Shown: in pieces, positions 24,221 through 35,739 of the stretch
Layout of the letters: each line of letters opens with the position of its first letter
Numbering within the stretch: position 1 is the first letter of the stretch
Source: Macrostomum lignano
Taxonomy: Eukaryota
DNA length: 64,000 nt
Reading direction: 5' to 3'
Assembly (NCBI GenBank): GCA_002269645.1
Contig: NIVC01002837.1
Coordinates: 62,001 to 126,000 of the forward strand
Translations under genes and position numbers: made by a program
The notes under the pieces: model-generated
What the model was told of the DNA's origin: nothing
Databases searched by the model: none
The model's input: only the letters and a program-made list of their open reading frames with translations

Positions 24221-25505
24221 GGGTCTACGAAATTTGCCCGCTGGAATTTTGCCCGCCGACGTTTTCCCGCCGACGTTTGTCTGCCGACGTTTGCCCGCCG
24301 ACGTTTGCCAGCCGAAGTTTACCCGCCGAAGTTTGCCCGCTGACGTTTGCCCACCGACGTTTGCCCGGCGACGTTTGCCCGCCGACGTTTGTCTGCCGAC
24401 GTTTGCCCGCCGACGTTTGCCTGCCGACGTTTGCCCGCCGACGTTTGCCCGCCGACGTTTGTCTGCCGACGTTTGTCCGCCGACGTTTGCCCGCCGACGT
24501 TTGCCCGCCGAAGTTTGCCCGCCGAAGTTTGCCCGCCGAAGTTTGCCCGCCGAAGTTTGCCCGCCGAAGTTTGCCCGCCGACGTTTGCCCGCCGAGGTTT
24601 GCCCGCCGACGTTTGCCCGCCGACGTTTGCCCGCCGACGTTTGCCCGCCGACGTTTGCCCTCAATCAATCTTTCTGTGTATAGCTTCGTGTACGAAAAAT
24701 GCATTTTTACATTTTTACTTAGATTCCATTCCATTCCATTCCACTTGGATTCCATTCCAGTCCAGCTACACAACAAGCTCTTCAAAAATTACAGTGATTG
24801 TTATTTATTTCAGTTCAGTCGCATATATTTCTGTATGCGCATGCATTACACATTGTCAAGTAGATCCATTTATCCAAGATTTTTTCCACGAGAGGTACTC
24901 ACCTTCGATCTTCGGAAACGAGAGTGCAGCCGCTACACAAATAAACGTAAAAATGTGAAACGGTACAGCTAATAATTTTATGTTATTACCGTCAAGTAAA
25001 TTTAATCTTCACAATTTTATTTCGCATCATGTTTCCGTTCATGATTCTATTATGCGGCTAAATGAAAAGGAGTTGAAAACACAATGAGAATCGACTTCCT
25101 TTAGGGGGAAATGTCACTCAGCCACAAATATGGAGCGAAATATTGACCGCGGGCAAACTTCGGCGGGCAAACGTCGGCGGGCAAACTTCGGCGGGCAAAC
25201 TTCGGCGGGCAAACGTCGGCGGGCAAACTTCGGCGGGCAAACTTCGGCGGGCAAACGTCGGTGGGCAAACTTCGGCGGGCAAACGTCGGCGGGCAAACGT
25301 CAGCGGGCAAACGTCGGCGGGCAAACTTCGGCGGGCAAACGTCGGTGGGCAAACTTCGGCGCCCAAACGTCAGTGGGCAAACGTCGGCGGGCAAACGTCG
25401 GCGGGCAAACGTCGGTGGGCAAACTTCGGCGGGCAAACGTCGGCGGGCAAACGTCAGCGGGCAAACGTCGGCGGGGAAACGTCGGCGGGGAAACGTCGTG
25501 CTCCC
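24221..25505. mobile_element. Non-autonomous foldback/MULE-like element
   Basis: 9-bp direct repeat GGCGCGATG at 24212-24220 and 25506-25514. GGG...CCC termini. Inverted arms of 14-bp tandem units (GTTTGCCCGCCGAC at ~24235-24660; reverse complement at ~25150-25498) around a ~490-bp AT-rich spacer. Confidence 0.75.
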
Positions 25506-25801
25506 GGCGCGATGGCGTGGGTTAAGGCGTCATGCGCCATGCTGAAAGTTAAGGAACAATGGTGAGTCTTGAGACGCTATGGTGAGGGTTGAGGCTCCAT
25601 GATTGAGTGTTGCGGCGCTAATGTGAGGATTGAGGCGCATTGTCAAGGGTTGAGGCGCTATGACGAGGGCTGAGACGCCATGGTTAGGGTTGAGGCGCCA
25701 TGGTTTGGAGGTTCAGTATAAAAAACTGCTCATTTTTGTCTTATTAAAATGAAACAAGCGTGGCAACTAAAATACGAGTACTGACCACTAACAGTAGTAC
25801 A

Positions 25802-25920
25802 TCATCGTCTTCTCATCATCATTTCTCTGATGACAGAAGCGGAAACGAATTTATTCAACAGCATCATGGTCAGCATCCGAAGAAGCAGGCAAGAGCTGCG
25901 CTCGCACGCTGAACTGGCTG
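25802..25920 (-). CDS. Candidate terminal exon (GPI-signal-like tail) of the contactin-like gene
   Basis: NAGNAG acceptor; phase-1 join to a weak donor after 27254 (G|GTATCT) gives ...ASSACERSSCLLLRMLTMMLLNKFVSASV...stop. Confidence 0.25.
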
Positions 25921-26251
25921 CTTTTAGAAGAGAATCTATATGGAACAAAACCAGGCAAATTTCAGTCTAATTAAAGAAGGCAAAACTTGCTCTGGCGCAA
26001 GCCAGTTGTGTTCGAGCATTCAGCTGTGCATGAATCGCTACATCCGCAAACAATGCGAGCCCATGTTGGCAGCTCATTAGTTTCAGTTTCCTTAGCTGTG
26101 GATCTTGATGGAGAACTTTATTCCTTTTTTTCACCCAGTCTCACGGACTTCCTTACTGGAGGTCCCCCCGAACTCATCATACCTGAATAATTACGGAAAG
26201 CATACATAATTCTAACAAATGTTGCAGTCACTAATTTTGCTACCAGATGGA

Positions 26252-26563
26252 ATTCGTCAATCGAGGCTTTACCTTGGATGTCAAGGGCTTGAAATTGGGT
26301 ATCAGAGGCTTCAACTTGGATGTCAGGGGCTTGAAATTGGGTATCAGAGGCTTCAACTTGGATGTCAGGGGCTTGAAATTGGGTATCAGGGGCTTCACCT
26401 TGGATGTCAGGGGCTTGAAATTGGGTATCAGGGGCTTTACCTTGGATGTCAGGGGCTTGAAATTTGGTATCAGAGGCTTCAACTAGGATGTCAGAGGCTT
26501 CAACTAGGATGTCAGAGACTTAACTTGGATGTCAGAGGCTTCAAATCGGATGTCAGAGGCTTC
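26252..26563. repeat. 42-bp (2x21) minisatellite CTTGGATGTCAGGGGCTTGAAATTGGGTATCAGAGGCTTCAA
   Basis: Period 42, reverting to 21 at the right end. Confidence 0.9.
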
Positions 26564-27242
26564 CGTCTTCATGAAGCCTCAGTCTACACACCAAAAACTA
26601 ACCCATGAATAAATTCACTGTCATTCGTTTGCCCTCTCAGTTCATCAGCAGCTCAGTTTTGCGGTGTCTGCATTCGAAAGTCATGCATCTTACATTACGA
26701 GCGTATGCATTTATTATTTCGTTTTGCAATGAAACAATCATTTTTTGCCCTCCTGAGCGCGAAAAGGTATTCATAATGCAAACCTGAGCTGCTCATTGGC
26801 TGAGCAATCTTCCAGCCAATCAGATCTGCCAACTGGACAGTTGGATGAGGCGAAGCGCCACACAGATAGAAGATGTGATTCTGATGGGGCTGGAAGACAG
26901 TATAAAATACAACACGGATGCTGACCCAAGTTTGAGCGAGTTAGCTTGTACTGGAGTTGCATTCTCAGCTAAATCAATGTGAACTGTGCGACATCTATAG
27001 CTGAGATTAGCTTTTATATCGACCTACTGAAGTTAAATAAGAAAATATGTTTAGCAAACAAACAACTGATCGTGCGCTGAGACTGGCTGTGGTGGCTATC
27101 GTCGCCTCGGCTGCACTTTTACCTTGCGCGGAACCAACAAACGTAAGCTAATTTAGAATATTAGAGCAAGAATGTAGTTTTTTCATTTTTTATTTTGTTT
27201 CAAAAAGTATCCTAGAGATTCACTGAAACGCTACAAGATTTA

Positions 27243-29189
27243 TTAGGAGATACCAGCCTCCACCATCAGCGCCACATAGTAGGTGTTCACGTCTAGGTAG
27301 CCGGCACTGTAGTTCGCAACAACTCGGCAACCGAGCAGACCCGCGTCCTCCACAGTAACGTTGAAGATGCTCAGTCTGAATCGGCCAGCGCTGGGCTGGT
27401 TCAGCTGGATCCGTTCCGAACTCACTATCGGTCGAGTGTTTCTCAGAGGCTGGACGGACACTGACACAATGTCCTTGACGGAGTCCACTTTGCAATTGAG
27501 ACTAAAATTCTTTCCAGCCCGAACTCGGAGCAGCGGTTCACGAGTCCACTGACTCGGCGTCAGCGATGGCAGGACATTGACTTGTACGGAGCGCCAGTCG
27601 GAGGCGGTCGCACCTCGGTGGCAGCGGCAGGCGTACAGGCCGCTGTGTCGAAGGCTGTCCGCCCCAGACAAAAGCAGAATGGAGCCTTGGGGCAAAGTTG
27701 GCAGTGCCAAAGCCTCAATATTGGCACCATTGTTGAGTTTCCATCCTACGAGCAGCTCTTCAACCGGATGCCGCTTGCCGGTGCAGGGGCACTCGAGCAG
27801 GAAGCTGTCCCCGTGGCGGATGAGCTGACTGCTGTAGGGGTTCATTGAAAGCACAGCAGGGTAGCCGGGTACCACGGACACGGGCTTGAAGGCCAGGTTG
27901 CACTCGGGAGGCTGGCACGGCTTGTAGTTGATGAGGAGCGTTCGCTCTCGAGTCACGTGACCCAGACGGCCGTTAGGCAAGCTGACTTGACACAGATATC
28001 GCTCTTCGCCCTGACTCCACGAGGAATCGACGATGAAGTCGAACTTGGCTCGGCTTAGTTGCAGACCGCCGCGAGTGGCCTGGTTCACCGCCTCCATCGG
28101 GATCAGGTCGACTCGATCCTGGGCCTTTTCACCATCGATCGTGAGAAAGCACTCAATTGACGCAGCGTCCGGCTTCACGGCGATGGCATTTGAAGTCACA
28201 ACCGGCTGGCCAATGGTGGCGAACACCTCAACGGACTGGCTGGAAAAGTGGCCCAGCCGAGTTGTCATCAGCTGCGCCTCCCTGCTCAGCACCGAGCCGT
28301 AACTGTTTGCAGCGATGCAGGCAACTCTAGGCGGCCTCTTGTGGCTGTCTGCCAGCAGCAGCTGTGCGTTGACAACGATCAGTTGGCTGCTCTCCTGGAT
28401 GCCGTCAGTCGGGCAGAGCTCGCGCTTGCAGTCGCGCTGAAGATTATAGAACAGAAGTCTCCGCAAGTTGACACCAGGCTGGTCGATCGGCAGTCTCGGG
28501 CTGTGAACAACATTGGCATTGATTGGCTGCAAAGAGAACTCCAGTTGGTCCTCGTCGCTGACAAGAGTCCACGAGACTGTTGGCTTCGGCAAGCCGAATG
28601 CCTGACAATTAAATGTGACGACAAACGGTGAAGACTTGGTGCCGGTTGTTGGAACTAGTAGGTCTTCCGTAACAAAGGCATCCTCTGGATCGCGCTCGAT
28701 CTGGGGCCGCTGCTGCGCCGGTCGCGCTGGCGCCTCGCAGACGAAATTTCTCGGCACGGCGGTGGTGTTTGCCAGCAACTCGATTTTCGACGGGTCAACG
28801 TTGGGACAGAGCAGCAGCCAGCGAGCCTCTGGGTGGTGCGGCTGTTTCACGAGCCTCTGGTCGATTCCCAGTGGATCGAAAAGCCATTGACCGCGGTGAC
28901 TCTCGCTGGGATTCGCCGCGATGATAAGATCGTTAACAAACTGTACCTTGGAGTGCTTGTGCTGAAACGATAGTAGCCGAGATCTTGACTCGAAACACGT
29001 ACGCAACGCCTCGTCTAAAAGCATCGGATTTGGCATCAACTTCAGGCAGGTGGTCTCGTGCCAATCACTGTAGACATGCCAGCCGGTGCTGGGGCATTGA
29101 AAGGGCGGCACTGCGCCTGATTCAGTTTGACTGCCAGCTGCAAATGCTAGCAGTGCAATCAGTAGCGGCAGCGGTGGAGCTTCTCGCAT
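27243..29189 (-). CDS. Contactin-like protein: signal peptide, C-type lectin domain, 4 Ig domains (one ~1.9-kb exon)
   Basis: Signal peptide MREAPPLPLLIALLAFAAG. CTL features CP.GW...CLK...A...C...RNFVCE. Ig motifs FNCQAFGLPKPTVSW...ACIAANSYG, IEC...RYLCQV, LECPC...GWK...SGLYAC, LNC...EDAGLLGC. CTL+Ig is the invertebrate contactin N-terminal architecture. Confidence 0.75.
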   Translation of the reverse strand: MREAPPLPLLIALLAFAAGSQTESGAVPPFQCPSTGWHVYSDWHETTCLKLMPNPMLLDEALRTCFESRSRLLSFQHKHSKVQFVNDLIIAANPSESHRGQWLFDPLGIDQRLVKQPHHPEARWLLLCPNVDPSKIELLANTTAVPRNFVCEAPARPAQQRPQIERDPEDAFVTEDLLVPTTGTKSSPFVVTFNCQAFGLPKPTVSWTLVSDEDQLEFSLQPINANVVHSPRLPIDQPGVNLRRLLFYNLQRDCKRELCPTDGIQESSQLIVVNAQLLLADSHKRPPRVACIAANSYGSVLSREAQLMTTRLGHFSSQSVEVFATIGQPVVTSNAIAVKPDAASIECFLTIDGEKAQDRVDLIPMEAVNQATRGGLQLSRAKFDFIVDSSWSQGEERYLCQVSLPNGRLGHVTRERTLLINYKPCQPPECNLAFKPVSVVPGYPAVLSMNPYSSQLIRHGDSFLLECPCTGKRHPVEELLVGWKLNNGANIEALALPTLPQGSILLLSGADSLRHSGLYACRCHRGATASDWRSVQVNVLPSLTPSQWTREPLLRVRAGKNFSLNCKVDSVKDIVSVSVQPLRNTRPIVSSERIQLNQPSAGRFRLSIFNVTVEDAGLLGCRVVANYSAGYLDVNTYYVALMVEAGIS

Positions 29190-30344
29190 TTCAGCTCTAT
29201 GCGTTTTAAACTCTAGGGAGAGGCCAGACTGCTGATTGGTCATGCTGCGGCGTGAGGTGGGCTTGTTAGGGATAGAAAAGTCGGCCAAGCTCCAAGTCTT
29301 GCGTACATCAAAGATACTCTGAACGTGTACACTGCTCGCACGGCTGGTTTTGGACTAATAATGTACAAGCCAGACACTAGCAGGAATTGCAGTTGGAGCT
29401 CCTCCTTTCCAGTCCGCTTAGCGTCAATCAATCAAAAGAACTGTTTGCAGTTTGGATGTAAAACAACACGAAAAAATCAATGTTTCAAAAGGAGACGCGC
29501 TGGATCAAGCAAACAGGGGCATCTATCTCTCTTTTTCATTCTCGTTTCTCGCTTGAACTGGCTCAGCCTGCATGTCGTTCCTCTGCCAGCCGCCGCTAAT
29601 CGACTGTAAAAGATCCGCGGAGAGTCGGCTCTGGTTTTAAGTTTCCGCCCTTTTCCTGCTTCTTCGTCTCGTGAGGATAAAAAACCAAGGGAGGGGAGAT
29701 TCTGCGCAGAGGGTGTTTAGCAATGCCTGCCGGGGGGGGGGACAACTGGGGCGGTCCGTTGGAGCAGAAAATTGGGACAGCTATCGACTCACTCCAAGAG
29801 GCTCTCCATGTTGGAGGGGAGGTTTGAGTCGAAACTAGCGGCTCAGTTACAGTTGCTGATTGGTGATGTCAGTCTGTGGGTCGCTTTCAAGTATAACCGA
29901 AAATTTAGCTTGTCGAAAGCAGAGAACTGTTCACATACTAAAAATTTCCCCTTATCTCCGGAATTCTCCCACAAATCCCCGAAACTCCCTGTCGAGATAT
30001 TCAACACTTCTGCTCAAAGGTCGGATTTTCCCATAAGCACCAGTGCCAATCAGCACTGCTCCTCAGTGCAGCCTTGCCAAGCCTCCAAATTACATCAGCA
30101 CGTCGACTACATGTGTCTGCATCAGCTCGGACTTCGTTGGTCACCGGCCTTCACCCAAGCGGAGCTTCTTGACATTCAACAGGTGGCACCAGGAGACTAT
30201 GGACACCCTATAGGCAAACCTCCAACTGCTAGGTGTCCTCAGCTAGTCTCTCTCAAGCAATCGGTTGTCATCCAACGGATTTTTCCAACTCAAAGCTATA
30301 AACGCATTTTGCATCCAAACCGGTTAATCCCCATCCCACTGCAG

Positions 30345-30474
30345 GTGCCGCTGCTCCATCCAACCAGACCACTGCGTCTCCGGGCGCCCAAACTAACCGG
30401 AGGAGGCATCAGCAGCTACAGCCTCGGCAGCGACCACTTGTCTCTGAGGCTGCCGGTCAACTGCACTCCCGCGG
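30345..30474 (+). CDS. CPED1: CPED1-like gene, first confidently bounded exon (frame open back to 29772)
   Basis: CCCACTGCAG acceptor, GTGAGT donor, phase 1 matches the exon at 35571. The upstream in-frame stretch has LQLLIGDVS and IQRIFPT, reminiscent of the CPED1 middle region. Confidence 0.5.
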
Positions 30475-30872
30475 GTGAGTGAAACTTATTTAAAGTACAC
30501 TAATGGCACAGACGAAGCCAAGTACCAAATCATTGCGGGACTCTTAATTTAAATGCGGCACTTAGACATGCATTTTGCGAGAGTGCATGCGTGTCTGTGC
30601 GCGTGCATAAGCATTTACTCATACAGCCCGAGCTCCCTTGACTTCTTGTGCTGCACTTTTGCGACACAGCAGACTCCTCCTTCCTTATCCTTTTTCAGCT
30701 CCAGCACTGCTCTTCCTCAGAGCCTCTGCGTGATGGAGCAAGAAAAATAGCTGAATCCGGCCGGCGAAAAAACTGGGGGGCAATCCCTCCCTACCATTTC
30801 TCCCTGTGGCTCTACGTCCCTATTTCTCCCTACGATGGTACCATGGAATGTGCTGCTTGCTTATCTCAGGGT

Positions 30873-31450
<578 letters not shown>

Positions 31451-33984
31451 TACTAAAGACGCTGAGATAAATACGCTGAAAGACGACGGATACAAAGATA
31501 CATGTAGAGAAGCCTACGGAAAATTCCGTATAGACACAGAGACAGGTAAGTGAGCATGTGTACAGACAGATAGTTCCAACGAAAAATCGCACATCTCAAC
31601 TTTCAAAACCAGTTTGACCCGCTTGAGCAGGTGAAGTTTTTTCGAAACCTGAGAAGGACAAAGACGAGAAGTTGAGCATCAACTTTGCCAATAATAATCT
31701 TCACCGTCTGCAGCTTCCCCAAAGCCTTCAGCTCTCAATCGTGTCTTGACAAGGTCCCACCGAGGGTCCTACATGCATAATAAATAATATTTTGCCATTC
31801 TCGGGGTTGCCGCCAGGCCCCGCCCAGACCAAGCGAGAGTCCCACTTGTCCGCGCGCGCGCTGGTGGAGAGGCGGCCAGCTCTCGCTCGCCTGCCCCGGA
31901 AAGTTGACACCAGAATTCCCATCCGGAGTTGGGAAGCTGGCTTGAATTCTCATCCCGCGGGCTCGAAGCGAGCCAGCTTCGACTCTTCAACAGGCTTTGG
32001 ATGGCCTTCGCCCTCTCTTCTTTCAACAACAGCTCAGCGTCCAGAGCAGGGTCTCATGATGAGGCTAAGGGGATAGAGCGGCCCGAGCCGGAGGAGATGG
32101 GAGGTTGGATTCGGGGAGCTGACTCTCTGTCTGTCTGTCTGTCTGTCTCCCTACCATCTCGCTGGCCCCTTCCCTAGAGAGACAGGCAGAGACGAGAGCA
32201 GAAGACATGCGGTTTCGGAATCGCGGGGGGGGGTGGTTGCTGAAGGCTAAACTAGAAGGAAATAGAGGCTGGGCCGCAGGATGTTAGCGCGAGGCCGGCG
32301 CGCGTCCCGCGGTTTTTGGCGGAGCGGAGCTGGGAGGCCAATGGGCCAAACAGGCGTAGCTGGCAAGCGGTGGGATGAGGGCCAGATGACACACGTCAGT
32401 GCATCTGTATCTGTGCCTCACTCACTCACACACACACACGGACAAGCGCTCAGCTCCCCCCTTCTCATTCGTCGCTCGGCTTTTTTGTCCATCCAAGCCC
32501 GTGGGAAAGGCGACGTAAGCGACAGGGAAAAAAGCTGTCCCCAACAGCGCCGCCACCAAGCAGGCGCGAGAGCAAATTTGATGGAGGCAAGCGGCACGGC
32601 TGCGGGGGGAAGAGGAACTGCAACCATAGCTAAAAGGTGTTGCTTTTGCTAACCCGGGCACAGCCGGGACTGATAGACAGAGAAATCGAATCAAACCCCT
32701 TGCACAAGTGTGAGCAGATGATGATTGCATTTCCCAGCAGCTTTGATGAAGGAGAATGACGCAGAAGCTCTGCGATCTATAATGCTAGAAGCGAGCCACG
32801 GGAAATGGAAGGCACGGCACGGGAGGGGAAGAGGGAAGGGAAGTGACAGGGAAAAGTGTCATAAATCCACTGGGTCGAGCGGAAGTCGCCTCCCATCCGC
32901 GTGTCAGCTTCTGTGAGCAAGAATAATGCGGAGGAAGTCGCATCCGCGGCCGGCTCTGTTTGCTTTCAGTCAGAGTTGCTGCTGTTGCTTCCGCAGAATC
33001 TACAGGTGACTGCAGCGGCTCTATGAATAGGATCGATGCGACACATACTCGCAATAAGATTGACGACTTTGAAGAAATCATACTTTGATTCAAAGAGCTC
33101 TGAACCTTTTTACAACTGCAGGGAGCTTTTAAAAGTTCACAAAAAGGAGTTGCTACTACCGGTGACCGTGGCAGAGGCACTTTGTTTACATCAATAGAAT
33201 TCCCCAACCACTCATATAAGCTGCTGGGCTCGCCAGCAAAGATTCCCCATAATAGAATAGAAAATTCTTTCGTGGCCGTGGGACACAAACGGCGAACTCT
33301 TGGGAGTCCTGCTCAGAATAAAATAGGAAATGAGGGTGCGAGAAGAGATGGGGAGAATGACAGAAAAACCCAGGCGACAGCAGTAGTGTGATGAGGAAGA
33401 GGGAGGGGAGGCGCGACCACCCCTTCCCTGTCCGGGTGACTAAAAACCCCATTAAAAGCTGCGACACCCTTTGCTTGCGGGAACAGTGAAGAGATTTTGC
33501 TGCTGCTGCTGCTGCTGCTGAGGGGGCGGGGACTCACGCTGAACTTGAGCACCCCCTGTGCAGCATCGGCCTCTCTGTCTCTGCCTCTCGCTCCCTACTT
33601 GAGCAGCTTGCACCAGCCAAAATATATAGGCCAATGAACTCAAAGAGAGAGTAGTTTTCGAGTGGGCACGGCGGGGAGCACTCACAGTCGCGGAGAGAGG
33701 TGATCTCCCACACTCTTGTCAGCAATGTGCGCTCCCGACTTCTATTAGTTCTATACGTACTTCTTGTAAATTCCCAATTCTTACAATTGCCGAGGCTGTG
33801 GGCTTGCTGACACAAAGCTCATACGCTTCAAAAGCGTTTTTAGGATTGCATCGTTTATTAGTTCCAATTCTCTAAGACAGAAATAAAGAGGTAGGTTGCT
33901 TAATACACACTTTGAATGCGATAGTTTGAACAAAAACTAGGTCAAAGATCACTGTCCAGACTCTGTCTATTTTTAAAGGCTTGG

Positions 33985-34990
33985 CGATAGCCAATCAGAA
34001 TGAGTGATAAATTATAAGAGACGCGCGACTGGGGCAGAGATCTGAATGAACAGCCAATCAGATAAGCGGGGAGAGAGACACAATGAGCGACTGGGGCAGA
34101 GATCTGATTGAACAGCCAATCAGATAAGCGGGGAGAGAGACGCAATGAGCGACTGGGGCAGAGATCTGATTGAACAGCCAATCAGATAAGCGGGGAGAGA
34201 GACGCAATGAGCGACTGGGGCAGAGATCTGAATGAACAGCCAATCAGATAAGCGGGGAGAGAGACGCAATGAGCGACTGGGGCAGAGATCTGAATGAACA
34301 GCCAATCAGATAAGCGGGGAGAGAGACGCAATGAGCGACTGGGGCAGAGATCTGATTGAACAGCCAATCAGATAAGCGGGGAGAGAGACGCAATGAGCGA
34401 CTGGGGCAGAGATCTGAATGAACAGCCAATCAGATAAGCGGGGAGAGAGACGCAATGAGCGACTGGGGCAGAGATCTGAATGAACAGCCAATCAGATAAG
34501 CGGGGAGAGAGACGCAATGAGCGACTGGGGCAGAGATCTGAATGAACAGCCAATCAGATAAGCGGGGAGAGAGACGCAATGAGCGACTGGGGCAGAGATC
34601 TGAATGAACAGCCAATCAGATAAGCGGGGAGAGAGACGCAATGAGCGACTGGGGCAGAGATCTGAATGAACAGCCAATCAGATAAGCGGGGAGAGAGACG
34701 CAATGAGCGACTGGGGCAGAGATCTGAATGAACAGCCAATCAGATAAGCGGGGAGAGAGACACAATGAGCGACTGGGGCAGAGAGCTGAATGAACAGCCA
34801 ATCAGATAAGCGGGGAGAGAGACACAATGAGCGACTGGGGCAGAGATCTGATTGAACAGCCAATCAGATAAGCGGGGAGAGAGACACAATGAGCGACTGG
34901 GGCAGAGATCTGAATGAACAGCCAATCAGATAAGCGGGCGCAATGAGCGACTGGGGCAGAGATCTGAATGAACAGCCAATCAGATGAGCG
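33985..34990. repeat. 62-bp satellite containing AGCCAATCAGATAAG, ~15-16 copies
   Basis: Period 62 (also visible in the ORF track spacing). Confidence 0.95.
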
Positions 34991-35570
34991 GAGAGCGAGG
35001 AACCTTCTCTATAAATTAATACATGAAATATATTGGTTGGTGATAGAGATTTTTTGAAGTTAGGCAGTCTTATCTTTTCGATTCTCATACAAACGGTTCA
35101 GAGTCAGAAAATGGCTTTTTAATGTCCCCAGAGTCCGAAAAAGTTCATAAAGTTTAAATGGTAACACTGTGTTCTCTCAATCTGTTTTTTATGAGCTGCT
35201 CCAGCAACATGCTCAAAATAGTTCTTTACATTATCCTCGCAAGGCTAGTTATGATTTGGGATAAAAGTCCCTCATTCCCTATATCAACCTTCATTTTCTT
35301 CCCTAGTAAAAAAACGAAGCGACCAAGTCTGACCAGCGGGTCTAAGCGATAAAAAAGTATGCAACGTGAGCTATCTTGTGGGGCCCCCGGTGGTTTTTAT
35401 TGCCTCCCAGGTCAGGCGCTCATGCGAGCCCGCAGTCCCCATACAGCAATGAAGAATGATGAAAGACCCCCTGCTGGCCTGTGCGTACATGTAATAATAA
35501 TGGATGGCTCATAAAAACTGATTACCGATATCTCAGCTGCGATCTCTGCAACCCCGTAAATAAATTGCAG

Positions 35571-35709
35571 AGGCAGGAGACTCCCCACCAGACGTTTACA
35601 ACCTGCGGGCGCCGTTTCACATCCTGTACGTTCAGGTGAACCTTCTTCTGGTGGATGACAGCGCAATTGATTGTCGAATTAGTCACGGAGATGTCAGTTT
35701 GACTTCGAG
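35571..35709 (+). CDS. CPED1: CPED1-like exon (start of cadherin-like beta-sandwich)
   Basis: TTGCAG acceptor, GTGAGT donor; PDVYNLRAPFHILYVQVNL; phase 1 to 2. Confidence 0.7.
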
Positions 35710-35739
35710 GTGAGTTCAGCCTTTGGGAAGCTTGACACT

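Noticed and set aside
25827-25856. Second CTGATGA...GAAAC core (Penelope-type minimal hammerhead)
   Set aside because: No GUH after stem III and no Penelope ORF nearby.
33985-34990. Regularly spaced repeats as CRISPR arrays (also 53098-53612)
   Set aside because: Head-to-tail units with no unique spacers, no cas genes, eukaryotic context.
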